Source: Paraphysomonas bandaiensis (lineage: Eukaryota; Protista; Chrysophyceae). Taken from it: a stretch of 64,000 nt of DNA. Under the pieces are notes generated by a model, which searched no databases, was not told the DNA's origin, and saw only the letters and a program-made list of their open reading frames with translations. The stretch covers positions 17,463-81,462 of the forward strand of contig CBFFRP010000173.1 in assembly GCA_965644295.1 (NCBI GenBank), read 5' to 3'. Both the position numbers and the translations under genes were made by a program. Of the stretch, positions 1-13,098 are shown piece by piece; position 1 is the stretch's first letter; each line of letters starts with the position of its first letter.

Positions 1-2244
1 CGTCGGAATGCGCAATTTAAAGCCGACCCAATACACACCTGTGTTTGTCGGCATCACGACGGCACGCTGATCAGAAGCCAGCTTTAATTGAGCATTAGTA
101 CAGGTTTTGCAATAGGAGAGACGAAATGACATATAGGCATCTTCATTAGAGTCATGAGGTGAGTCTGCACTAGCAATCAGCTGTGAAACAGTAGCAGTTG
201 TTCCGTCCAAACGCATTCGCCAGTGTGAAAGGACGGAAAAGTCTTCACTCATCCTTAGGGAGCTTGAGAGAGTTGGCGTCGGCTGGAAAGTTGGTGATAC
301 AGTAGGGAAAACGGTAGGCAATGCTGAAGGTGAAAACGAATCCATGCTACTACTAAAACTTGTAGCCATATCAGACAGAGTCATAAATTCCCATGTCGAT
401 CTTCCAATGGAAATTAGTTCCTTGAGTACCTCCAATTTGGTATAGTTTAAACTTGAGCACGTTTCAGTATCCGAAAACTCGAATGGAGTCAGCGAGACGA
501 CTGAAAACCCTTGATTCGCTGTAACAGGATGGTATTACAAAATAAATTTAAATAAAAAGGGAAATACATAGTAGCACGAAACACGATATTTAACGGGATA
601 CCTATCTGAGCATCAATCCACTTCTGTGCATTGCTCACGCTAGCTGTTCCGCCGCTGCTTGATTCCCAATAGCCGTCATCCCCCAAAACTGCCCCAGCAG
701 GAAGATGAAACAGCCCGTTACTCAAAATATTGGGGGCTTTGACGTTGCTTCCCTCTGTACAATGAATAGGCCTACCTGCACCAGGTGAATCAAGGGGATA
801 CCAGTTACACTTCGCGCTAACGATGGTCATCGTTTGTGATGAAATTGCTTCAAATAAAGACGAATCATAGTCACTATATGGGGGAATAAAGGCCATAGGT
901 GCAATATTGGTAATATCCATAATTTTATTTTTTGATTGAGCCAGGTCATGAAGTTGCCATGCCATAGTCTTACCGAAATAGGGCTCATACTGATGTGATG
1001 AGCTCGCTAGCTCAACCAATGGACTGGCAGCAATGGACTGAAGATACTCTACCATATTAGTACTCTCATCTAAATAACTACCAATTAACCCTATAGTAAC
1101 AGGTACGCCCAATTTTGTGATTTCATTTACAACAGTCTTGCCAATATCCTCACACCACCATGACTGGATGTTGTCAACTCGAAGTGCCACTTTAGGAAGA
1201 CTGAGTGTGGGTGGCGAGGTAGCCGGTAATGAAGAAACAGGAGTAGGAAATGATGACGGAATAGGAGTAGGAACTGCATTTACGATTCGTCGGGCTCCCT
1301 CTTGGTATGTCTGTATATCCCAGTGAAGCCTACCATACTCCAGCAATCTTCGTAGGACAGCGAACTTATTAGGGTCAGGTGTAATACAATCGATGCCAGT
1401 GGCGAATTCAACTGGATGCAGCATCACCACTGCAAAACCCTGTGCATCTGTACAAAAAAGATGTGAGATACTCTGCTGATTAAAAAGCTTTTTGTCAACT
1501 GCAAAGCGATACATTAACATGTAAGTTTACACTCACCAATCTGGGAATTAATCCACTCTAGTGAACTGTTCAAACTCGCAGGTCTCTGATAACTAGTCCA
1601 ATATTCTGTATCTCCCATGACAGCTCCTGTAGGTAGCATATACACTCCATCTACCTGGATGCTAGGGGCCACAACTTCACTACCATCTGGACAGTAAATT
1701 GGGGTCCCCTTCAGAGGTGATCTCAGAGGGTTCCATGCACACTCCGAACTCATTATTGTTACACCTTCGGCTTTCACAGCTTCCATCGTGTTATCTCCAT
1801 AAGAGTTGAAAGGAGGAATAAAAGTAGTGGGTGTCTTGCCCGTAACCGATTTGATGACCTCGATCGACTTCCTCAAATCAAAGCGTTGCCATTCTACAGT
1901 CTTGCCCAAATATGATTCATGTTTGTGTGAATGAGTAACGATTTCAACCAGTGGATTCTGGGCTATAGTTTGAAGATATGAGACTATCGTCGGGCTGTCG
2001 CTGAGGTTCTTCCCGATGACCCCTACATTGACAGGAGTCCCAGCAGACAGAAACTGATCAACAGCAGACTTTGCCATTGCTTCGCACCACCATGCCTGAA
2101 CATCTGAGACACATATTAACTGTATAGACACAGAAGAGACTGCTGCTTACCGTCTAATCGGAATATAACGACTGGTTTAGCGACAGCTGACAGATAACAC
2201 ACATGAGCGGCCAGCAGCACATACAGGATCACAGCACAGTTCAT
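1..2244 (-). CDS. Secreted protein with two NodB/CE4-type polysaccharide deacetylase domains, a P/S/T linker and a further C-terminal domain; 3' end outside window
   Basis: ATG 2244 with signal peptide MNCAVILYVLLAAH. A 47-nt GT-AG intron (2150-2104) restores FRLDDVQAWWC. Domain 1 has HSHKH, FIPPF and VMLHP; domain 2 starts LRVDNIQSWWC. After a further intron near 600-545 the frame stays open to base 1. Confidence 0.8.
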
Positions 2245-2764
2245 ATGATATCAATAGATCAACACAGAGAGTGAGATATCACCAGGGTTTAAGATAAGAG
2301 GGTTGTTGATGTGTTCTTGCAACGCCTCATTGCACTGCAGTGCATGTGCATGTGTATGTGTATGTCCCACACTGCAGAAGCGTATGGGTTACATATACAA
2401 AAACACGCTTTACCAGACGTTATATCTGAAATACAATGTATTACAGAGAAATAATACATTCCATGTGGACGAAGGAGTGACCCTCAAAGATACTGTACTG
2501 CTGTACTACGATGTAGGTATTGCCTATAGAGTATACCGCTGTATACATGATGCTTTCCGTTGGTACTTGTGTACTTGTCCTACAGTACATTCATTTGGAT
2601 ATGGTTGGGGTAGCGTACAGGTGTACAGGTGTACAGGTACAGACTGTTGCGGTATGCTTCATAGTGTATGCATCTGATCTGATCCTGGTTTATCTTAAGA
2701 TATTCCTCCATACAACATCACTTACAAAGTACTGTGTTCTATTCCCGCAATAGTTTTCTCTTCA

Positions 2765-4392
2765 ATGCACCCTGCTTCTAGAGTTGTTGCATCCAGATGC
2801 CTTAGAAAGACATTGAATTCCAGGCTTTCTAGCCTTGCGTCGTATGATCTGTTCAACCCGACACCAGAGCACGCACAACTCAGATCAATGATACGAAACT
2901 TCTGTGACCAAGAAGTTCTTCCTCAAGCCATCGAGTACAACCGAAAGGAGGTATTTAACGTCGATTTATTTCGAAAATTGGGTGATCTGGGGGTGCTGGG
3001 TATCACTGTGGCAGAAGAGTACGGCGGCGCAGGTGAAATAATAAACCCAAGTATTATGTATTGGAGTTATATTATCTGTATGTTAAGGAATGGACGCAAC
3101 TGCAGCTGTTATTGTACTGGAAGAGGTTATCCATCATATATTTTTCTCTGTATAACTGACGCCGCATTTCGTTGTAGCTAAATGCTTCTGACCCGTCAGT
3201 GTCCATTGCATACCTCGCCCATGCTATGCTCTTCTGTAATAATCTTAACCAGAATGGTAGTCATGAGTTAAAACAGAAATATCTGCCGGGTGCAAGTGCT
3301 GGTTCTTTGATATGCGGTATGTGTATGTCCGAGCCTGGGGCTGGTACAGATGTTTTGGGCATGTCCACCTCCGCAACCCCGAGTGAAGACGGCTCCTACT
3401 TCACGATTAATGGAACTAAAATGTGGATTACTAATGGATCACTTGATGGGACAGATACCGGAGATGCATTCTTTGTGTATGCGAAGACCGGCAAGGGCCG
3501 TGCTCCAGGTGATTTGTCAGCATTCGTAGTTGAAAAGGGGATGCCAGGATTTTCACTAGGACAAAAGATAACAGGAAAGCTAGGTACAATCACGTTGTCT
3601 TTTGTATACCCTGTTTTAATTAAGTACATTTGTTTTCGACCAGGTAATCGGGCATCTAATACAGCCGAGCTCGTGTTCGACAATGTCAAGGTTCCTGCGA
3701 CTAATCTCATAGGAAAGGTGGGGGGGGCGTCACTATGTATGATGCGGAACTTAGAGATTGAGCGCATTGGAGCTGGAGCAATGGCTATGGGAACAGCAAG
3801 ATCATCTCTAGATATCATGACCAAGTAAGTAGTGGCCAGCGTGCATATTAATTTCATTCTCTTGAGCAGATATGCTGCAGAGCGAAAGCAATTTGGCAAA
3901 CCTATCGGCGAGTATGGCCAAATGCAGAAATATATATCGGAATCGTACTCCCAGTATATGGCTGGACGATCTTATCTATATAATGTGGCCAGACAGTTGG
4001 ACCTCTCCACGTACGGTAATGGTCTAGACGCTGATGGGGTCAAATTGTTCTGTGCGCCAATAGCTAAGAATATTGCGGATCGGGCCATACAGGCAATTTC
4101 ATTCGCATAATTTATATGAATGTATGCCTCTTACATGCTATACTTAATATAGGTGCTTGGAGGAAATGGATACACGGCAGAATATATGGTAAGCGTTTCC
4201 TGTAAAGTGGAATATATGACTCGTATTATCACCACTGAATTGAACATGTTTGGTTGGATTTTAACGTTACGATATGCTCAGGTCGAGCAGTACTGGCGCG
4301 ACTCAAAGCTTGGAGAAATTGGTGGCGGAACACTTGAAGCTCATCATAAGAACATGTGGCGCGACCTCATGAAGCGCCGCAATATTTTGTAG
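2765..4392 (+). CDS. IVD: Isovaleryl-CoA dehydrogenase, mitochondrial, multi-exon
   Basis: Acyl-CoA dehydrogenase motifs CMSEPGAGTDV, NGTKMWITNG, RKQFGKPIG, AIQ|VLGGNGY, EIGGGT. Basic N-terminal presequence. Short introns join ORFs 2765, 3199, 3832 and 4153. Confidence 0.9.
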
Positions 4393-5669
4393 TAATGTGG
4401 CAACAATGACTTATGTTTGCAATGTGTGTGGTGAGAAGGTGTGATACATATGTATGTAGAGTTTCAATCTAGTTTTCATTATTTCAAAGTAGAGGTATAG
4501 ATCCAACATGATATGTATCTAATCTTTCCCCAAACGATAGTAACCTCTAAGCATATGTGAGTGATACATTCGTAATTAAATACTAATTATATTCAGTTAA
4601 GTTTATTGCTTTTTACCTTTAACGTGACAAATGATTTTATTCGGAGTAACATGATGATATTATTTTCGTATAAATGTAGGTTTGACTTGAAATAAACGCA
4701 AAGAGTTGATAATATCATTGTCCAGTCATTAACTATTGTTTTACTATGTGATAACTGCTTTTTTCAGCAATAAAAGGATCGCGGTCTACAGTTAAACCAT
4801 CATATATCTTGTATGAAGGATAGTGTATGTAGTGCAGTAAGGGAACAATATAATGTTGTGTGCTGTTAGCCAGATAGGGCAGAACGAGATAAAGTAGGTA
4901 GATTCGGCGAAAGCATAAGTATATATTTATATTTGTTGCACTTATCCAGAACTTTACGCATTTCTACAAAAAAATATACCTTTATATTATGTAGAGCAGT
5001 AGTGATGGTGGCTGTGTCAGACACTGTGATATCGATGTGAATATATGGGAATATGTGAAGAGACTCACTTTTCGACTAAATACATGAGGTAAAAAGAGTA
5101 GCTACCAGCTACAGATTGAAACACTTCTGTCTGATGCAGTCACATTTAAAGACCCGTAGCTGCACCCCTGCACCACTCACTGTATAAGCCACCACCTTAA
5201 GGCTAGATCACACCATGCTTGTTTACTTTCCATACGGGTTGCACTCATAGTTCCTCATCAGTCGGCAGGTTAATTGATTGCAGCATATCTTCTTAAGTTA
5301 CAATCCAACGCAACCACAAGCAATCTGATGTCCGCTGAAGATACTTTCCTGTATAACAACACCCTACAGTGTCCACAGAATACGTCTAGAAGTCCACCAT
5401 CTGGTGCTCGTGCTGTGCAGCTCAATATTCTATTAATTTTCTGACGTCGGCAACTATCATGCTGAGAAATCCACATCATCAAATTTTCATATCATTACGT
5501 TGAGTTTTCCTATGAGCAATAGGCGGATTCCTGTACTTGTGTACGTGGAGTCTAGCAGGACACCGTGTCCAGGCAGGCAGATATATGCATGAGCTGAGCA
5601 TATCATAATTATATCCACACAGATCAAGCCACGCATATACCAGGCCAACATAAACCAACCCTCAAGATC

Positions 5670-6176
5670 ATGAGTATGCTGTTCACCCCCTCACCTCCTC
5701 CCATTGAGAGTATTAACGATGATATTGAAACGATTCAAGTGAAGAGACAGGAAAGATACACCCCTGACATGGCCTCCAGTGTACCACGTGTATTACAGCT
5801 TGATACAGTGATACCACATGATCCGCTCATAGGAGCGCTCTCTTCTCCATCATCGACCTCCACTGACTCAGATATGTCCACTGTATACTCGAATGAGTTG
5901 AGGGATTCCATACGAATTTGTTTGTCTCGTAAAACTCGCTTCATGGGAATTCCGTACATCTTATCTTCGAGCTTTTATGTGCCACCTGAAAATGGTAGTG
6001 ACTACTCGCCTACATGCAGATCTCCCAGGAATTCCTTTTCGTTGAAGAAATTCATTCCAAAGATGATCAACAGAGCACTATGTGCGATAACGTCATTTTT
6101 CGGCAAGTTTCAAAGAGGAAACGAAGTGAAAAAGAATCCTTACGAGGATGAAGGATTCGTGAAATCTTTTATATAA
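5670..6176 (+). CDS. Hypothetical Ser/Pro-rich protein, 168 aa, single exon
   Basis: Clean ATG-to-TAA ORF in coding-like composition; no recognisable domain. Confidence 0.55.
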   Translation: MSMLFTPSPPPIESINDDIETIQVKRQERYTPDMASSVPRVLQLDTVIPHDPLIGALSSPSSTSTDSDMSTVYSNELRDSIRICLSRKTRFMGIPYILSSSFYVPPENGSDYSPTCRSPRNSFSLKKFIPKMINRALCAITSFFGKFQRGNEVKKNPYEDEGFVKSFI

Positions 6177-6617
6177 CTCAAGACACGCCATATTACACCA
6201 CGGCGATGCGATTATGCTTTTATGCCAGGTTTACTGGTGAAATTGATATGATTCACATTCTTATTTAGGGGAGATGTGTAGTCTCTCGTATATAGACATT
6301 ACCAGTACTTTTACCGATGAGATTCCTGAAATATGGACATAAATGACACAATTTGCTGTCATGCCAGCAGACTTCAGATGTGTCAGAATTATTACTATAC
6401 ATTTTGCATTATTCTATTGGTTGACTTCAGTTTTATATTATAATTTTTTTGGAAAAAGAACATGTACTATCAGCATCGAAGATGTAAATAATTGAATATA
6501 CACTTAACTCATTCTTAGATGCCAGATAAATTAAGTTGCTGTTATATTGATTTGAATGACTATAGTCCAATGTGTATAGTGTATATATATAGTATATATA
6601 CTATATACCAAATAAAC

Positions 6618-7380
6618 CAGGTATAGGAAACAATATATTGCAATATATTGATTGGTGGACTAGTTAAGTATTCCATCAATATTGTTTCTGTTAAAGTAGC
6701 TCACAGTATATAATATATTGCAATCAATATTATGATAGTCATATACAGAAAGCTACTTAACTGTAGGGTAAAAAATATATATAAGTCCATGTATATAAAT
6801 CTCCGTTCAGACAGTAATTATTGTAACAATACAGAGGATGATGAAGCTGAATTTGGATATGTGGAGAAAATTCTTCAATCAGCTCAAACTTAAGAACAGA
6901 AAGTTGAAATATCTAAATACAGGTGCACGAGTCATGTAGTATGTACTTCCAATACATGTGAACGCCTGTCCAGTGCAGAGTTCAGCAAAACTGATATAAC
7001 AGTTCATATGCTACTACACTTAAAATGCTGTTGTTTCTGAAAGCTAACCGACAGTTGTGGCCAGATAATATTGGATGAATATGGTGATAATGATGTCACC
7101 GATGATGGCTCAGGGGATGAGTAAAAACAAGGACGCCTCTTTTTCCCGCCCCTTTTTTTTGAGTAGGAGGAAACTTTTAATTAATTAAGAGCAGTGGGCT
7201 TGATTATCAAGTGACCTTAGACCTTATAATGACAAGTACTAAAAACTACGGATGTGTTTACTTACTGATTAGTCATACAAATATATGGCAATATACTGCA
7301 ATAGTATTGTAGGGCCGGTTTAAAAACTCCATCAATAATAGATGGAATGCTATCTAACAATAATTTTTCCTTATCCCTGA
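6618..7380 (+). mobile_element. Non-autonomous hAT-derived DNA transposon
   Basis: Imperfect TIRs (left CAGGTATAGGAAACAATATATTG, right rc CAGGGATAAGGAAAAATTATTG). Flanking 8-mer AAATAAAC at 6610-6617 and 7381-7388. Internal decayed hAT C-terminal peptide SKYRCTSHVVCTSNTCERLSS...MLLFLKANRQLW (~6835-7070). Confidence 0.75.
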
Positions 7381-7633
7381 AAATAAACTACCATTTATCT
7401 CTCTACCTTCTTCGAATCATACGTCAGAAGTACTAATTCATATATATGAACGAGATATAAACAGTAACTAAGTAGTGTTTGCACTTCCTGATTAAGTCCA
7501 ATATAGTTAAGATAGATAGTCAGAGAAATTTTAATATTTCATTATATAATTTAAGAAAGAAACACAAATCTTTTAAATTGCGCTACCTTCGCAGCAGTCA
7601 AAGTAATTCCCAGATAGGAAGTAATATGTACAG

Positions 7634-9026
7634 TTAAGTAGCAGTGAGGAATGCTTTACTTTCGATAAATGTAGATATCATCTCATAAAGTCGCTCAGGT
7701 TCATTCATAGGAGCAAGGTGACCTGCCCCATTCACAACAATCTCCGTCAATGTGTCGTACTCCTGCACCCAGCCAGAGATATGAGTAGCACCGTTGTATT
7801 CCGTCAACCACTTTCTTCGAGGAGCAGAGAGATACTTTCCTCGTCCAGGCCAATCCATCTGCATGATCCATTTCTCATTTGAAAAGGGGCCATCCTTCCA
7901 ATCAAACTGCCCCTAAAAAGAAATTACTATTATAAAGTTGCACAAGCGCCTTCAATACTAACTTGATATAGGAGGACCCTGATGTTGTCGAGTAGGAATG
8001 GAATCTTGTCCGCCTGGCTCTGCATAACATCATCGTAAAGGGCGATCGAAACCTGGCTATCGGTACTGAAGGGAATATCTTGTGGAACGTGCAGCATGTC
8101 CTTGGCCTCTGGGCTGTTTAAGAAGGTATCCATGCGTTCATGCATGTAATCGTAGTCCTCGAATGTGCGCACATCATACTTATTAATACCACTGCTTGAA
8201 ATGACGAGGTCTTCCATCTCGCTCCGGTAGTCGTGAGCGGCAGTGTAGTTTCGCTGAAGACAGGCGACACTAGCCTTCAGCGCAGATACCTTCGCAGCAG
8301 CAAATGTTTTTGCGTCAATTATACCGAAATCATATGCAGCACGCGGGCCAGCTTCCACCTGGGAGCAGGGGTCTGTGAGCCCGTCACCAATAGCCACACC
8401 CTGAAGGTGTATAACGCGCTTGCCATTCTCGACCGCATTCTGGTTCTCGCTAAGAATCTTGTAGGCAAAGGAGGGGATATAGTGGCCACCATATGACTCG
8501 CCGGTAATAAAAAAGGGAACGTTGGCGTATTCCTCATGCTGGTTGAACCATTCCTGCATAAAGTAGTATAAGTCCTGTGCAACCTCATCCTGGTTCTTAG
8601 CGTAGGCATCACCTGACCCCGCTACGCTATATCCAGTGCCAATCGGCTGGTCCACGAATAAAACATTGTATTCTCTATTCCAGTTCCCAACCGTACGGGG
8701 TTCAAGCTGTTCGTTTTCATTGAGATAATACGGACCAAGTTCAAAAAACAGTCCCAACTCTCCGGGAGACCCGGGGCCACCTGTGATTACAATAGTTAAG
8801 CAGAGTATGCGAGGCTGGTCTGTTAAACACCTTGAAGCCAGAGGAGCAAAGGCTTCGGCTCCCCGCTGGGCACTTGCTGCGGAGTGAACCAATAGAATAT
8901 TTTTGAACCCGGTGTCTGTGGGCGTGATCCCGATATATCTATGAACCCGGAGAGCTCTTGAGCGACACACGACAGGGCGCTGAGGGCGATGCCTGTATAC
9001 AAGACAACCAATCTCATCATCGCCAT
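7634..9026 (-). CDS. Serine carboxypeptidase, family S10 (CPVL-like), secreted/lysosomal
   Basis: Signal peptide; WLQG|GPG across an intron, DQPIGTGYS, catalytic GESYGG, NGAGH. Introns at ~8830-8781 and ~7961-7913. Confidence 0.9.
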
Positions 9027-9442
9027 ATGTGGTGATTGATGAATGGGTCTACGATGATGTTGGTGAATGAATTAAGTTAAGAGGTGATGTGGTATATAGC
9101 CATAACTATACCATATATATGTGTAGATATCCATATGATATGACCTGCCTGTTGCTAACAGGATGTACTGCTGTACAGGTATACAGGAGTACAACAGTAC
9201 GGCTGTGTAGAGTATGGCTACGAAGGTAGGAATTCTAGAGTTCCTAGAGATGTTTGTATGGATAGAATATACGCCGTACTTCTTGATTACGGTGCCGCAG
9301 TACAGCTCTACAGTGTTCTGATCATACTAGTGTTCACTCTTATCTACGATGTACACTACGCACGTTCGTACCGACACATAACTTCAAGACACGACATGGA
9401 GCTACACACACACACAGACACACACACAGACACACAGAGATA

Positions 9443-11930
9443 ATGCTATCGGCTGTGTTAAGAGCCACCATCAACCAGTACCAGTCCCGGTAACTCCCTC
9501 TATCACTGGGTTTTATCTTACCTCTGGAAGCCTCATATTTAAGTCATTCAATGGATCGAATCGAATATAAGAAACAACAGACTCATAGAGGCAGTAGAGG
9601 CTTGTTCCGCTGTCTATACCCCCGTGAGGTGTGTCTTCTTATGACTGCTGTGGCAGGACTGTGTTTGTTTGTGCCCCTGTGGATGGGGTACGACAGAGAC
9701 GATGATGTGAAGCGCATATCTTTCGGTTTCGTTAACTGGGATGTGTTTTACGCAGCTTTAGTGGCTTCCTTTTCAACTGCTCTGCCTATGACTCTGGATA
9801 CTGTTTTGGATTATCAATTGCCCCTTAGGACAACCCTTCCAAGATATTTAATGATATTTTCACTTGTTCTTCCTGGAGTATTATCATTCGCATCTTATTC
9901 GATATCACAAAGTTACGATATGAAACTGGTACTCGCCGGAATACATTTACGCGAAACCTTACTTAGAGGTTCTTTGCTTAGCTTTCTTATGTGTGACGAC
10001 TGTTCATGGAAGGCAAACACAGCTGTGGGCTGCGTGTGGAGTTTGATCATGCTGGAACTCCAAACAACGATGTGGGGATTCTTTCGTCCTGATGTAGTTT
10101 CTTACTCCTGGAGAATGTTTGTTTATACTTTTACCCCGATATCACTTTTCTTGGTATTAGGGATGCTTGTGTATCGTTTGCGCAAAACATTCTATATGGC
10201 CTCTAAATCCACAAAGGTGATTCATTTTCCAACCTTTTACACAGCGCTTTTTGTGCTCTGTATTAGTATAAAGATATGCGTTCTTTCTATTACAAAGGAT
10301 ATGGCGTATTCTGGATTTTCAGATATATTTATATGCATTCTTGCGACGAGTATACCAGGACGGCAGGCCAGACATGAAAAGACAATAGCGCAGGTAACTA
10401 TGTATTCCAGTACGAAATATCACTAAGAACGTAACACTAGATGGTACTTGAATCGAAACGTGATTATGTGAGTTATATATCTCATGAGATCCGTACACCT
10501 CTCAACTCGGTATATATGGGTATTCAACTACTCTCCAAAGAGTGGGGGAGGGATTTCAAAAGTGTTGATGTGGGGGCTATCCTGGGTGACATAGATGACT
10601 CATGTAAAGTTGCCATTGATATTCTGAATGAGCTTTTATTGGTCAACAAGCTAGAGACTGGGAATATCGAGTTAGAAAAAGAGCTAATAGTGGCGGTAGA
10701 TTTGATTAAGAATGTCACTGCTCCATTCAGTGTACAGGTATGCTTCTTGTTGAGTGTGGTTTTCCGGAAAATGATATATCTTTAGGCACGGCAGAAGGGT
10801 GTCGAATACAATTTTACCGGGGATTCTCATGTTGATCCTATCCTGGTTGCTAGTGATACGCATGTGTGTGTAGACACTCGGAAGATCAGCCAAGTATTGC
10901 GCAATTTGGTTTCTAATGCTCTGAAATTTACACCAAAGGGTGGCCGGGTGGATGTTTATTCCTACCTTACACGCAAAGCATCTCCAATGTCGAAGACATT
11001 GTCACACCCCCCACATAGTATTCAGCCATCGGCGACACAGTGTGGAAAGACTGAAGACATACCGAACGATCAGTTGCGATTTGGAGCCAGTAACTTTGAC
11101 CTAGCTGATTGTAAGCTGCGCATAGAAGTTCATGACACCGGTGTGGGCATATCACCGGTACATAGCATCTCATTCTGAAGTATTCTAAGTGGAATTAATG
11201 TTTTATGAACATAGGACAACATGCAAAGGTTATTTGGCGAAATTGTTCAGTTCAATGCATCCAAGCTTCAAAATGGCGGCGGTTCTGGTATTGGCTTGTG
11301 GAGTGAGTCTTATATCTTGTGTGTGACCATTCTAAATGGTAAATTTTAGTTTCTAAAAAGATTATGGATTTGCATGGAGGGCGTATAGGAGTCAGGTCTG
11401 AACTGGGCAAGGGGTCTATGTTTTTCGTTGAGATGGATGTGGCTACTAATGTTTTGAAAGCCTCTCGAAGGTACACAACCACTGCGGTAATGTTGCCATC
11501 GCTTCCCATGCGGTCGTCTAGCAGTGAATACATTCAGGAGATAGGCAATGACTCTATAGATGGAACTAAAGTCCTCGTCGTTGATGATTCTACCGTTAAT
11601 CGAAAAATGATGAAGCGATTACTGGGGCCGAAAGTGGGTCAATTATGTGAAGCTGAGAATGGTATTAAGGCTGTAGCTAAAGTACACGAGTCAATTGAAA
11701 ACGGATGTCCGTATGATGTCATATTCATGGATGCTAATATGCCTGAAATGTGCGGCACGGACGCCACTGTACTTATTCGTGACATGGGATATAATGGGAT
11801 GATTATTTTCCTCACCGGGAATGTGTTGCCAGAAGAGTATGATCGGATAAAATCCGCTGGGGCTGATGAAGTTATCATTAAGCCTTGCACCTTGGACCGT
11901 TTAGAATATTTTCTTGAGAAGTGTAGGTGA
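9443..11930 (+). CDS. Membrane-bound hybrid histidine kinase (multi-TM sensor, HisKA, HATPase, receiver)
   Basis: H-box SHEIRTPLN, N-box LRNLVSNALKFT, DTGVGI, GGSGIGL, receiver VVDDS...FMDANMP...KP. Start is either ATG 9551 or an in-frame upstream exon from 9443. The last codons may be spliced to ~11985. Confidence 0.88.
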
Positions 11931-12389
11931 GCATCTGATTGTGATGTTGCTTATTTCTCATTATACTAAACTATTCAGGAAGTAGCATATTACTGGAAAT
12001 ACAGATAATACTGAGACTATAGGCAGTTGTGGTGTATGCTTGTTCGTAGTCGTGTACTTATATGCGACATTCTGTTCTATATGAATTCACCTATATCTAT
12101 ATGCGATATCGGACCTAATTTCGTTACACTATTTATTTTTGTTCATTCGATGGGATTTCAGACATAAATTAGTAGCCCAATATTTTTGTACTATAGTAGT
12201 AGCTTTGTGCGCTGTGACTAAGATTCCTATTTCGTGAATATGCCTCTTCGTAAGTATATAATATATACAGGTCTGTCTCTTATTTATAGTGTGTGTACGT
12301 ATACAGTATTATCTCTATAATGTGTAATTACTGTAATTGGGACAGAAAAAATTATTGCAACAATAATTGTCAACTGTTACGCAGCCCTG

Positions 12390-12763
12390 GTAGTGAATTA
12401 TTAGCACTAGGTGTGTAAGAGTCAGATCTAGTGTAGCAAAGCAATTTAACTATTAGTGCTTAAATCTGATATCCTACTATTCGGCGCTACGAAAGAGCTG
12501 CTTGTGCATTACCACAAGCACCAAGGTGCAATCACCCCAATACCCCGGATGCCTGTTTATTCGTCAAGGCCCAAAGATGTCTACACAAGTGACAAGGGAC
12601 ACTTATTAGTGTCCCTTGCACCACACAAGCATTTGGCTATATAAGTGGGCAGAACAATATCTGCACTATCTATATATGCGGCTCAAGTTAGTTTCCCAGC
12701 GAAATATCTCCGGTACTTATCCCCAGAACACCACGAAAAGTTGAGAGTCCGACTTTGTTGAGG
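12390..12763. repeat. Dispersed repeat / longer relative of the 38.8-kb MITE
   Basis: 12600-12763 is near-identical to 38862-39029, including the right TIR GAGTCCGACTTTGTTGAGG. 12390-12490 (TATTAGCA..AG, AGAGTCAG, CTGATATCCTACTAT) recurs at ~34595-34715, ~55705-55815 and ~56160-56195. Confidence 0.7.
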
Positions 12764-13000
12764 GCGGATATAAGACAATTAACTAAAGCCTACTTCTACG
12801 TGCGTACCTGTAGCTTGTTGATATGCTTACCGTAGGATCGGTAGTAGCTATCCTGTATTCTGTGTAACAATGAAATACAGAATCTACAGTAACAGGAATA
12901 GGAATAAAATATGCTGAGAAAATGAAAGAGCAGTATCTATTTAAGGTATGACTTTTAGAGAAAAAGAGTGGTGCTAATGATTGATGTCCTCAACAATCAC

Positions 13001-13098
13001 ATTACTACAACACCATAACCTTACTATCTCTCCAAATATAAAATCAGCTATTACTACAGCACCACAACCTTACTATCTCTCCTAATATAAAATCAGCT
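13001..13098. repeat. 49-bp tandem duplication
   Basis: ATTACTACAACACCATAACCTTACTATCTCTCCAAATATAAAATCAGCT occurs twice with about 3 mismatches. Confidence 0.85.
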
